A DNA stretch of 64,000 nt, from the NCBI GenBank assembly GCA_973895155.1, contig OZ316891.1:32437208-32501207 (forward strand), read 5' to 3'. A model generated the notes under the pieces. It was not told the origin of the DNA, searched no databases, and was given only the letters and a program-made list of their open reading frames with translations. Numbering within the stretch: the first letter of the stretch is position 1; the number at the start of each line of letters is the position of its first letter. Position numbers and translations under genes: made by a program. Positions 1-11,215 of the stretch are shown piece after piece. Origin of the DNA: Marsupella aquatica (Eukaryota > Plantae > Marchantiophyta).

Positions 1-1934
1 GAGAAACTGAGAAATGCTCCATCATTTGTGGCAGCATACCGGGTGTCCCGAGAGATTGTTGTGTGGTGGCAATCAGGAAACTGTGTCCCCGGAAAGCTGA
101 AGATGCTGCAAAGCTGGATATCTTGGTGGGTTGTTTGCTGGCGCCAGTGGGGCAATTTTATTCAAGTGGTAAGGCATCCATCTATCTAGACTGTAATGTT
201 CATCAACTTCATATTAGCGCCAGGCGCTGGTTATTTTCTCCATACACGTCAAAACAAGTAGTACAAGAAATTGAAGCCAATATGTAGTTAGAATTCAGTA
301 TTAAACATTGAAATTGTATTTCAGGCCTGTTCTACATATTTATGTTGCCAGCGCCGGGCGCTGGTAATAGAATACTACTTACGGTTGACATTTTTGTATG
401 GCAGAGCAAAAGCGCTGAGGAAGGTGCCTTGATCCCCAACTGTACAGGGTCAGAATCAAGGCATGCGTCCATGAAAGCCTCGGCTACAAAGAAAAAGGTC
501 GGTCTTTATGAAGCTTGCGAAGTTGACCAAAACCATGCTCTGTCTCAAGTTGCCGGATACAGTGCATACCGTAAAGGCTTGAACCGGGGGAAGGGGCCAA
601 CTATATGGGAATTGGCGTTCCATTCCGCCGATCAAGCAGGTTCGCCAAGATTGTTTGAAGAAGCGACTAATATGCTTCTATCTAACGCAGCAGAATTCGA
701 TTTGGAAAGAAGTACTCCCCTGAATGGAGATATAATGACGAAGTCAATGAAGAGGAAGGGACATGCAACTGGGACTGTCTCTCCACAAGATTCCCATCGG
801 CATGACACCGTTCTAATAACCACACCAAATACTCGTGGTTTGAAAAGGAAGAACCTGAACAGATCTGACTTTTCTTCTATTCCCTCAAGTTCTGATCATC
901 CTGTCACAAAGGCGGTGAATCTCTCAGGTATGGTCACATCAGAGAGTGATACTGATTCACTGGACTATACTCCTCAAACAACCCAAACAACAAGATCCTC
1001 AAAACCTCCGCTCAGTGCCCCAGCAGCACTTCAGAATCAACTTCCACGCACGATTGTGCTAGAGAAGGATGTCCCTCCGGGGCAGTGGCAGTTGCAATGG
1101 ACATCGAAGTATGGAGCAGGTCTGCAATGCAATGGTACACTGAATGGGAGTTTGGATCGCGATGAGTGTCGAAATCGTATCAAGAAGGTTGGCTTCCATT
1201 CGTCTGAAGGTGTTGTCGGAATTGTCGTGAAGGGCCATCGTCTCTTCAGGGGCGAACCCGTCTCCGAAATGATTTGGTTTTGCCCAAACCAAGCGTGTTA
1301 CAAGAGTCATCCGCGTCGTGGTGTTCAGAAGCTTCCTCCTTTTCCTGACATTTTGCCTGTTCTGAAGGGTACGAGCCTGTCTCCTTCTGAAATTACATTC
1401 TTGGAAGAGCAAGGACTTGTCTTAGCACGAACAACAAGATTGAGTCGATCTGCGCCATCTGCTTTTGACCTCAGGATAAATGTTAACGTGTTCCCAGAAA
1501 CAATAAGGTTTTTGGAGCCAAATCTCCGACTTGGTAGTCGGAATGGGAGGAACTCAAGGCCTCGGTCTAATCTCACTGTGGGTCACACAAAGCGAATGGA
1601 GTCTGCACGACAAGAAGTGATGAGTTTGGATGGGGAATGGAATGTTCAGACCGGAAATGCTTTTGGAAAGCAATTTCGAATTCGAACCCATGAGAACCAT
1701 CGATCACCAAGCACATACTTTGTCCAAATCTGTATCTTCCCCGCTTGCTCTTGTGAAGACTTCTTCCTCCGACATTCGCGTGGCAAGTCGTACATGCCTT
1801 GCAAACATCTATACTGGGTGTACATAAATGTTTTCAAACTTGAGATTGAGGAGTCGACTCTTTGTAGCCAACCTATTTTGACTTTAGGCGAAGTCAGGCT
1901 TGTGCTGGAGAGGCAGAACTTGAATGGCTTATGA
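1..1934 (+). CDS. MULE-like transposase, C-terminal part (exon 1-168, intron 169-404, exon 405-1934) with SWIM zinc finger
   Basis: PNCTGSESRHASMK resembles the MULE TNNxxESxHxxLK catalytic-Glu motif. C-terminal CSCEDF...CKHLYWV is a SWIM finger (CxC-x(n)-CxH). The GTAAGG...GCAG intron is at the same position as in the paralog (17758-17968). Confidence 0.7.
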
Positions 1935-2649
1935 GAGAGATCGAAACTGCCCAACAGGTCGTCGTTCAATATAACGGTTATTCCCTATTTTGTCTTTTTC
2001 CAACAGATATTTTAGTTGTTTTATTGAGACTTTGTTGGTTAGCGTCGGGCGCTGGTTCTAGGAAACCGGATATTCATTGCTTCATTATGTACGTGCATTG
2101 TGGAAGAATGACCTCTTGTTTTATTTAAAATTTGTAAGTTGATTAAATTGTCTACTGTCTTCAAAGCCTCGAGGATGTGATTTGTCATTTGTTTGTGACG
2201 TTTGAAGGTCCATTTAATCAACTCCTTTAGATTGGGTTGATTTGGACTCCACGATTGACATGTGCTATGGTGGGTCCCACTCTAAGGGTCACTATTTGGC
2301 GATGAAAATAGATTGATTTGCATGAATGTTTCTTTAGGCACACTCCTAATACCATGTTTTTTATCTTCTACAATAAATTGTTGTGTCAATGGAGGATTGA
2401 TAGTACACTTCATCCATCAAATGGCACAAAATAATTGTTTGTTTTAAACTTTATTGCCCCCCAAAAAATTATGCCATTAGAGTGGTGGATATGCACCTTA
2501 GAGTGGTGGATATGCACGTTATGGTTCAGGCAAAACTGGTAACAGGGACAAGCTTACTGGTAACAGGTACAATTTCCCTGTTAACAGAAAATAAACCCTT
2601 GGTAACAGGTTTTCTGTTTTCTGTTTTCTGTCATGGCTATCATACCCCC
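1..2649 (+). mobile_element. Mutator-like DNA transposon, family M copy 1 (right end only)
   Basis: Carries the 3' part of the transposase. It ends in ...TTTTCTGTTTTCTGTTTTCTGTCATGGCTATCATACCCCC, whose reverse complement resembles the left terminus of copy 3 at 19461 (GGGGGATCTCTCCGTGACAGCAAATAGCAAACAG). Three TAGCGCCNGGCGCTA-type palindromes at 215, 349 and 2040. Confidence 0.7.
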
Positions 2650-3116
2650 ATTAGGCCTGGTACGAGCTTTGAAGTCGAGTCAACTATGTGTGCGTAACTT
2701 GACGTTCTGAATTGGAGGTGTGAGATCTGTATGTGCCCCCAAGAATGAAGTGCAGTGAAGGAGGTTGAGTTCAGGATTGAGTTTGCAAGGCAAGTACGGG
2801 ATTGGTTTGAGTCCAATCTACCGTCGCAATCTGGAGTGAGCCGGGCTCAAGTTCAGGATTGAGCTTGCATGGCAAGCATGGGGCTTGCAGGGCAAGCACG
2901 CCACAATCTGGAGGAGACAGCCTTCGGCCCTAGTGTTCGGATCAAGTGTTCTCAGTGAACTATTGTGCACATCTTTGAATCTAATTGAGTTTTCCTCTCA
3001 GGCCTCATTTCTCTCATGGATGTGTGTGTGTGTGAGGCAATCTGAGTGTATGATGGGACTAGCAGCGCCACTGAGAGGTGTACAGGGTGCATTGAAGCGG
3101 GCTGGGTGAGGACTAT
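2650..3116 (-). repeat. Inverted fragment of LTR family B (reverse complement of about 11340-11806)
   Basis: Near-identical to the reverse complement of 11340-11806; interrupted at 3117 by LTR A. Confidence 0.85.
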
Positions 3117-3889
3117 TGTGGTGCGTCCCATGGCTCCCTAAACCCAAGAAACCCCCCCAGCACAAGCCGATTCCCGCAGGTTTCGCGCTTGGCGGGGCTG
3201 TTTCCACGGCTTAGCGGCATGGGACGCTGCTAACCTCTTCTACATCTATTAACATTTTACACACATATACTGGACAGATCCTTCATCGGGTCATGAGATA
3301 TGAAGCCGGCCTACTCTAGGCCTTCCCTTGTCTACCTCTCCTTCTTGTTAGGTATGTTTGGATTCCGCCGCCGGAATGATCCCCAATAGGCTTGGTTAAG
3401 CCGCTAAGACCTCTCTCAGCTCGACACATCCAACTCTCACTCCCTTGCTTACTTTCCTTTCCCTATTAGTTGATGTGGGCACTCTTCACACAAATAGTAA
3501 AATGACTCCTTCTGACTGAGTCATACCATGCACTTGCCATACAAACAGTACATCTCATACACAAGCTCTGCGAACTAAGCCGTGAGGCCAACTCTATTCA
3601 GCTCTTAGGCATGAGGAAACATGAATATACACAAGGTCACGGTATAACTAACCGAGAGCTTCTCTTACTACTTGATCCCAGCCCGGCTGGTGCAAACTAA
3701 AAACTTGCTAAAGAAGAGGCCCTGAGCTCCCCGCTGCCCAAGTACTTATCCTGGTAGTGGATCCGCCTAATTCTTTGCAGCGTAAGCCTAACCTACCTGA
3801 CAGTAATCTACTTGCCCGAATCTACCTATGTACAGCAAGGCAGGAGCACAAGTGTTGCTCCTACCAGTGGAACCGCAATCCCACTAAGC

Positions 3890-3909
3890 TTTAGGGTTTA
3901 GGGTTTAGG
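3890..3909 (+). repeat. Interstitial plant telomeric repeat (TTTAGGG)x~3
   Basis: TTTAGGGTTTAGGGTTTAGG replaces AAGTGTCAGG, which is present in the other three LTR A copies. Confidence 0.75.
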
Positions 3910-4022
3910 CCGCTCCTGGTCCTGATCCTAATCTTAAACTTGGAGATCAGCGCCCGCCCGGCCCACTCACGCCTCCTACCTCCACGTCCGCCCTTTCTAA
4001 AAGGAACGGCGCCCTTGCACCG

Positions 4023-7000
4023 TCACGACACCGGTGGTGGATCCTCAATGGACGCCCCCAACACTTCCTCCTCAGCCACTGCCGTTGGCCCGCCTACTGA
4101 CAGATTACCTGCCCTTGACCGAGTCAACTCTCCCTCGGCCTGACTGGGTCCACCTTCGGCTTCGGCCTCGACACCGGCCTCGGCAATACCCACGGCTTCG
4201 GCCTCAGCCACTCCCACGGCTTTGGCTTCCCCTTCTTCTAGGGTAGTTGGATCCTTAGCCGTGACCCTGTCTGGGGTCGGTGCTGGGTCTACCTCCTTGA
4301 TCACCACGGCCTGTGGAGTCGTATTACTCCTTGACCCTGAAGGTTTCCGCTTCTTCTTCATCGCTGGCTCGGCAGCTGGTCCCTTCCCCTTCCCACTTAC
4401 TTCCGACACTGGTGCAGGTGGCGTGGCTTGTCCTTCGGCAATTACCACCCCTGGTAACTGGTTCGCCCCAACGGGAGATGGACCTGCTGCAGCTAAGCAT
4501 TTAAATATTGCGGCTTGTTTCTTCAGCCGCTCTGTTTGGTTGTCGGCCCGCCACTGTAGGTTCTCCATCTTCCTCGTGATTTCCTCCAACTCCTCTTGGG
4601 TCTCATCCAGGTCCTTACGTGCCCCCTCTAGCTCGTTTTTGGCCTCCTCCTGCTCCCTGTGGGCTTCCTCCAATTCCTTCTTCAAGGTAGCCCTCTCCTC
4701 CCGGGTTGCTCTTAGCTCCTTGTCAAGCTCTGCAATGATGACAGACTCCATCTGGTTCATCTTGGCATAAGTCTGATCGAGCATATCGTCCTTCTCCCTT
4801 AGGTTGGCTTTGAAGGTGGCCGTTAGGGACGCAAGCTCCTGCTGCAGCGCAATAATCCCTTGATAGGATTTCCCTAACTCGGCCTCCTTCTGCTCAAGGG
4901 CTCCGCGGCTTTTCTCGAGCTCCCCTTTCAACGCTCGTTCCTTTCTTTGGGTCTCTGCCATGGCCCGGTTGTTAGCTGTTATGTGGGCCTCCTCTGCATT
5001 CCTCAGCTCTTGCTTCCACTTCTCCCTCTCTTTGATCGCATCGGCCAACTCTCCTTGGGTCCGCGTCAGTAGATTCTCGATCATCCGGTTATCAGATTGT
5101 GCGGCATCCAACTGGCCCTGCATGATATTTAGCTCATGCCGCTTAATCCGCAGCTCATCTTGGGCTTTCTTGGCCGCCCTCAGGTCCTTGATTTTGGCTT
5201 CCCTTTCCCTAAGCCGACGAATGACCTCGTCCTTCTTGCTTCTTTCCAAGGCCAGCGCTTCTTCCAATTGGCGCTTCTCCAACTGCTCCCTATGGAAAAA
5301 GGGTCCTACCTCCAATTCCTCCCCAAAGATGCCGAGCGCAAGTTCCCCACACATCTCACCATACTCCCTGGCTCTATTCTTAGCGTAGGTGGAGTAAGTA
5401 GAAGTGATCGGCATCGCCCATCGCGGCCTCTGCTCCCAAGCCGTCTTGCGGGTCTCTTCAATCGTGGCTAGAGGTTTGCTTCCTTTTTCGGCTAGCCGCC
5501 TAATGTCCTCCGGCCAATCTCCTCCTGGTAAATGCTTTTCCCTAGCCAGGGCTGCTTCCTCTTCCTGCCTGATTCGCTCCTGAAATTCCAGCGCCGTCTG
5601 TTTTATGCCGTCAAAGCTCGGGGGAGCAACATCTGGTGGAGGAGACTCAGGGCTACTCTGCTGGTTGGGGTCCCCTCGTACTACCCTTGGAAGTGTGGGG
5701 ATAAACCGGCCACAGGTCCTTACTCCTGGAACGTGATGGTCCGACCCATAGCCGGAGTTATCATGGCCGCAGTCCTCCACTGCCTCCTCTACTTCTTCTA
5801 CTTCCGGCTTCTCCCTCTCTTCTTCGTTGGTAGGAGCTTCCAGCAATTCTGCCTCAGATTCAGAGCTTGAGACTCCGGTAGAGGGGTCTTCCCTTCTAAG
5901 TCTGCTTAAGTTGACCTCTGGGGCAGTGTCCTGCATTGTTGCCGCTGCCGTTGTCATTGCCGATGCCGATCTCTTTTCTTTCTCCAGCAGCTTCAGCAGA
6001 CTCTGCATGCCTGGTTGCTGCATCGGCAAGTCCTCCGTTCTTGGTCTAAACACCTGGTCGATTGTAGGACTGTCGGGCGGTTTGGGTTTCTCAGTTGCCT
6101 ATCTCTGTTCCGGAACTGGTGCCCTTGCCTGTAGGGGAAGTACCGGGGCAAAGGTCTAACCTCTGGCATACCGGCACAACAGCGGCATGTGATAGCCAAG
6201 CCGCGATATGCTTCCCACGCCGATTACCTGCTGCTCCTCCTTCAAGATTTTCTTCAATTGGCTGAGGAGGTACCCGTTGTAGTCCCGGCTTGGGTCTGGT
6301 CTCTCTGCCAGATAGACCTGTGCCTTGCCGATCTCTGCCCTCGGCAAGTTACAATGCATGGTTACCCGCAAGAAGTCGATCATCTCTCCAATGTGCGGGT
6401 TGGTACAGGTGTTCCGGAAGAAGCCATTCTTCGTTGATGGTCCGGGGAACGACCGGAACTCTTTGTCAGGCAAGGTCTTCCTGGTATCAACCTTGGTTTT
6501 ATTGCCTATCGGCAAGCCAAATACTTCGGCAATCACCTTGGGAGTAAGATAGAAATCCTTCCCATATATCCTCGTGCAATTGGTCTCGGGTTCCCATGAC
6601 CCAACGAATTCTAATAGGTCTGAATCCGGCACCTCCGGCTTCAGCCATGGTAATCTTACAAAGGCTTCCAAGCCGGATCCGGCCATGAAGCCTTGGTACT
6701 TCTTGGTCTGCATGGCCGTAAAGCATGCATCCTCCTCCCATGCAAAATGTAATTGCACCTCCACTGGTAGAGTTGCCGCCCAGCCCTTCCAGGTGTCATC
6801 CCTGGTTGGAATGGCGTTGATGGGGTCGCTTTCCTCCTCCTCGGCTTCGCTCTGCCTCCTGCTCTGCTGTCCGGCTGGTTTCTTTGGTGCCGCCGACCTC
6901 GTTCTTTTGGCCGGGGTGGCTTCATCGTTGACGACTCCCTTCCTCTTCATCTCAGCTGCCGTGGAGGTTTCTCCTAGCACTGTTGCCTGGGTCCACCTTT

Positions 7001-7304
7001 CTGTGCTACCCTTTAATTCCCAGTGTATGTCGTTGCAGTTCTTGATGGCCTCTCGGATGCCGATGATGCTGTCTTTGCAAAACAGAAGATCGTCAAGCTG
7101 ATTGGAAGTAGGAGTCCACAAGAACTCGGCCTTGATGAGTTTGCCTCCTAAGAAAGCTGTTTTCTGCAGCTCCCACAATCTAGCGAGCTCCTGTCGTTCT
7201 CGAGCTACTCTTTCTGATTCTTTGTCCTCGTAAGTCTTGATGTACTCAGTTGCCCGTTCGAACAGGCATCCCCAGAAATGTGCCGCTTGATTGACGTTGC
7301 TCAT
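4023..7304 (-). pseudogene. LTR-encoded accessory ORF (PMD/plant-transposon-like domain + long coiled coil), one premature stop at 6156
   Basis: ORFs 6156-7304 and 4023-6053 are in the same frame; TAG here where the intact copy (28344-31943) has CAG. Confidence 0.85.
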
Positions 7305-7668
7305 ACCCTCCTTAGGTTGATCGTTGGTATCTACTCCCTCCCCGAGTGCTTGCCTAAGCAGCTGACAGTAGTTGGCCTCCCGTAGTCGTCTGCCTAGTTC
7401 CTACTCGCAAATGAGCCACCGTCTCCTGCAAGCGCTCCTTATCCCTCTCCTCCTCCGGTCCTTCCTCCCGTTGATCCTTCCCAGCCGCTGACGCTTAGCA
7501 CACCCTAACCCTAATCGAGTTTTCACCCCCAACGTTCTTACCTCTGGCCTCGGCCCGGGTTCCATAGTTGCCCCTAATTGTTTATATTTTTCTTGTTTTG
7601 TCCCTATACTAAGGTGTTTCGAGGGTGTATTCCTGCTTTACCCCCTTAACTGGCCGAGTGATTCCTGG

Positions 7669-10407
7669 CTAGGCATCACATAGCTCCCCACTTAATTGTG
7701 AAGCGTCCTTGCGAACAACTTCATCTTCGTCCATATAGTATTTCTTGAGGCGGTCGTAGTGAATATGAACTGGATACACTTCTCCCGTAATGTTGGCCAA
7801 TTGTACGGAGCCATTGGAGAACTTCATGGTTACTCTAAAGGGTCCTAACCAGCGAGTGTAAAGCTTCCCTAGAAACCTACTATACCTACTGTCATAAAGT
7901 AACACAAGATCACCGGTGTGAATACTAACTACTTTCAACTTTTTATCATACTGCTGCTTCATGATATTCTGCCTATATTCTACTCTCTCGGTTGAAATCA
8001 TTCTCGCCTCCTCTAAAGCTTCTAATCTATATTCTCGCTCTTTTAGGCTCTCCTCCGCTGAGGCTCTTTCCTCAATTGTAACTTGAAATGTCGGTATCTC
8101 AAGTTGCATGGGTACCAAGGCTTCTTGTCCAAAGGTTAAGAAGAATGGTGTATGACCGGTAGTGGATTTATAAGCTAAATTGTAAGCAAAAACAGCAGCA
8201 AACAATTTATCATCCCAATCAAGTTTGTTCTGAGCTACTGTCTTGTTCAATATCTTTCCTATAATTCCATTGGCTCGTTCTGTCAATCCATTTGCCTTTG
8301 GGTGGTAAGGAGTAGTAGGCCTATGTCTAACTAAATACTGTTCATTTAAACGACTAATTATATCATTCAAAAAATGGGTTCCTCTATCACTAACTAATTC
8401 TAGGGGTGCCCCATACCTGGTGAAGATCTGCTCATACATGAATCTAGCCGTAGTAATTGCATCATCCTTCGTGGTCGGCCTGGCCTCCACCCACTTAGTT
8501 GCATAATCCGTAGCTAGGATGATGTACTTGTTTCGTTGAGGGTGGGTCAGTGGTTTCAGAGGTCCGATGTAATCAATACCCCACTTTTCGAATGGTGCCA
8601 GAGGTAGAATAGGGTGCAGTGGATGTCTGGTGGACGCCCTTGGTCCTCCTGCTCGCTGACAAGGATTGCATTGTTTGATAAACTGATAGACATCCCTGTG
8701 CAAGGTAGGCCACCAGTAACCGGCATTTAATATCTTTTTAGCCGTGGTTACTGGGGCAAAATGTCCTCCGGCCTCTTCTCCATGCATAGCCCGTAAGACT
8801 CGTTTTACCTCTCCCTTTTCCAAACATCTTTGAATCGTGCCGTTGATTCCATGCTTGTGCAGTATGCCTTTAATGCACTGATACTGTCTGACCTTCCGTA
8901 AAAAGACTGCGGCTTGTTCTCGGGTTAGCCCTAGCTGTAATCTGGACGTGCTGAGAAATTGTAAAATCTCAGGGTACCATGTTTCAGCTAAGTCCACAAC
9001 GAATAGTTCCTCGTCGGGAAATCGATCATCGATGCAATCCGTGGCTGGTTCACCTGTGATCCTTGAGAAGAAGTCGGCATTGGCATGTAACTTTCCTGGC
9101 TTGATCTTTAGCTCGTAGTCAAACTCCTGTAATAGCAAAATCCATCTTGCTACTCTGCCTGTAAGGTCCGGTTTATTGACTAGGTACTTCAAACTTTCAT
9201 GATCGGTATGAAAGATGACCTTGTAACCTAGCAAATAATGCCTAAACTTTTTACAGGAATAAATGACTCCTAATGCTTCTCTTTCTGTGGTGGAGTAGTT
9301 CCGTTCGGCATCGGCAAGCTGACGGCTTGCAAAGTATATGGGATGGTCCCTTCCTTTCTCATCCAACTGACTTAGTACTGAGCCGATACAGAAGCCCGAG
9401 ACATCTACAAAAACATGAAAATCTTTGTTCCAGTCCGGTGCTATCATGACTGGGGCCTCAACTAACATCTGCTTCAATTCTACCACCGCTGTGACTCGTT
9501 CGGGTGTGGGTTCAAAGTCTGCCCCTGCCTTGAGCATGTTGGTTAATGGTAAAGCTAGCTTGGCAAAATCTTTAATAAACCTACGATAATACCCAATGCA
9601 GCCTAAGAAGGATCTTACATCCTTTATGTTCTTAGGTTGCATGATGTCAAGCCATACTGCTAGCTTACCTTTGTCAATCTCAATGCCCTTCTTTGATACC
9701 TTATGACCTAGTAGCACCCCCTCGGTTACTGCAAAGAAACATTTATCTGGGTGTAACTTGAGACCTACCTCTTTGCATCTCATGAAGGTTTTCCTGAGAT
9801 ATTTAGCATGTTTCGATGCCTTCCCAAATACTGCAAAGTCATCAATGAAGATTTCCATGAACTTTCTCAAGTAATCATGAAAAATGTTCACCATCAATCG
9901 TTGGAACATAGCTGGTGCGTTGCAAAGTCCAAACGGCATACGATTGAAGACATAGATCCCCCATTCCGTGATGAAGGCCGTCTTGATTTGGTCTTCCTGC
10001 CGAATCCTGATTTGGTTATAACCAGAGTACCCATCCATGAAGGAATATAGTTCATGATTGGCTACCATGTCTAGTACCATATCAGTAAAGGGTAAGGGAA
10101 AATGGTCTTTTAACGTTGCTTCATTCAGCTTTCTGTAATCCTGACAAACCCGGATCTTGGGTTTACCATCGGGTCCAGCTTTCTTGGGAACTATCACAAT
10201 TGGAGACACCCAATCTGAATGTAGGACTGGAGTGATAAATCCGGCTTCCACTAGTTTATCGATTTCTGTCTTGACCATCAGGGAATACTTAGGGTTCATC
10301 CTTCGAATCGGTTGTCGAAATGATTTGGCTCCTAACATGAGATCAATTCGGTGTTCTCCCAGTTTTGGGTCTACTCCTTTCAGATCTTGATGACTCCATG
10401 CGAACAC
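7669..10407 (-). CDS. pol: Gypsy pol (RT-RNase H-integrase), 5' part lost
   Basis: RT motifs DYRKLN, MPFGLCNAP, FIDD; RNase H DVS...ERNYSTTEREAL...TDH; integrase H-x-H-C-C finger, WGIDY, VSDRG, NGLTER, and GPF motif. Athila/Tat-like RT. Confidence 0.95.
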   Translation of the reverse strand: MFAWSHQDLKGVDPKLGEHRIDLMLGAKSFRQPIRRMNPKYSLMVKTEIDKLVEAGFITPVLHSDWVSPIVIVPKKAGPDGKPKIRVCQDYRKLNEATLKDHFPLPFTDMVLDMVANHELYSFMDGYSGYNQIRIRQEDQIKTAFITEWGIYVFNRMPFGLCNAPAMFQRLMVNIFHDYLRKFMEIFIDDFAVFGKASKHAKYLRKTFMRCKEVGLKLHPDKCFFAVTEGVLLGHKVSKKGIEIDKGKLAVWLDIMQPKNIKDVRSFLGCIGYYRRFIKDFAKLALPLTNMLKAGADFEPTPERVTAVVELKQMLVEAPVMIAPDWNKDFHVFVDVSGFCIGSVLSQLDEKGRDHPIYFASRQLADAERNYSTTEREALGVIYSCKKFRHYLLGYKVIFHTDHESLKYLVNKPDLTGRVARWILLLQEFDYELKIKPGKLHANADFFSRITGEPATDCIDDRFPDEELFVVDLAETWYPEILQFLSTSRLQLGLTREQAAVFLRKVRQYQCIKGILHKHGINGTIQRCLEKGEVKRVLRAMHGEEAGGHFAPVTTAKKILNAGYWWPTLHRDVYQFIKQCNPCQRAGGPRASTRHPLHPILPLAPFEKWGIDYIGPLKPLTHPQRNKYIILATDYATKWVEARPTTKDDAITTARFMYEQIFTRYGAPLELVSDRGTHFLNDIISRLNEQYLVRHRPTTPYHPKANGLTERANGIIGKILNKTVAQNKLDWDDKLFAAVFAYNLAYKSTTGHTPFFLTFGQEALVPMQLEIPTFQVTIEERASAEESLKEREYRLEALEEARMISTERVEYRQNIMKQQYDKKLKVVSIHTGDLVLLYDSRYSRFLGKLYTRWLGPFRVTMKFSNGSVQLANITGEVYPVHIHYDRLKKYYMDEDEVVRKDASQLSGELCDA
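7681..7693 (-). promoter_or_regulatory. Polypurine tract of family A
   Basis: AAGTGGGGAGCTA immediately precedes the LTR TG on the minus strand; same sequence at 32059-32071. Confidence 0.7.
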
Positions 10408-10523
10408 ATCCTGGAATTCAATCAGTAAGTCACTGATCTCTTTCTCAAGTTCAGGTGCTAGGTCTCTCCCTAAATTCAGTTCCCTTCCTTCTCCTAAGTT
10501 GAATCCTTGGGATTGAGCTTGGG

Positions 10524-11215
10524 TCCTATGACAGTAAGCATACGTATAGACCTATGCGCACCATAGCGCTAGGCCCTGTGTGTACGGGCCCAATATGAAG
10601 ACCCCTTCTCACCAGAACTATCATGAGCGCAGACCTGATCCCCAACCTTGGTTCCTTGGGATTGAGCTTGGGTGATGTGTGATAGAGTCTGGCTATGATC
10701 TAGGCTGGTGTTAAGGGCATAAATTGGTGTTTACCGGCCTTCACAACATCCCTTCGTGATCCTCAGGTACAAGGAGATGTTTTTGGTGTTAAGACCCATG
10801 TCAATCGCGTGACAATTCACATGCCCAGTCTTGCAAGCAATTCTTGGGAATGGTTTGTTGGGCCTCCCGCAAAGCACACTGTAACATCCCCACTGCAATC
10901 CCCTCTTGTCACGCGATTGACATGGGTCTTAACACCAAAATAGTCACTATGGGTGCCAAAACCATCTCCTTGTACCTGAGGATCACGAAGGGATGTTGTG
11001 AAGGCCTCTAAACACCAATTTATGCCCTTAACACCAGACTATCATAGCAAGACTCTATCACACATCACCCAAGCTCAATCCCAAGGAACCAAGGTTGGGG
11101 ATCAGGTCTGCGCTCATGATAGTTCTGGTGAGAAGGGGTCTTCATATTGGGCCCGTACACACAGGGCCTAGCGCTATGGTGCGCATAGGTCTATACGTAT
11201 GCTTACTGTCATAGG
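10524..11215. repeat. Long inverted repeat, ~300-bp arms (10524-10815 / 10906-11215), ~90-bp spacer
   Basis: The arms are near-perfect reverse complements, for example CCTATGACAGTAAGCATACG... versus ...CGTATGCTTACTGTCATAGG. Confidence 0.9.

Larger units (their letters stand above)
3117..7680 (-). repeat. LTR A (3' LTR, about 4.56 kb)
   Basis: On the minus strand it runs TGTGATGCC...GCACCACA, directly after the PPT. The same ends occur at 27423-32058 and 38283-42617, and the same left end at 61432. Confidence 0.85.
3117..10502 (-). mobile_element. Ty3/Gypsy LTR retrotransposon family A, copy 1, 5'-truncated (3' LTR + RT/RH/INT)
   Basis: LTR 3117-7680, PPT, and pol ORF 7669-10407. Similarity to copy 2 stops abruptly at about 10502. 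Confidence 0.9.
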
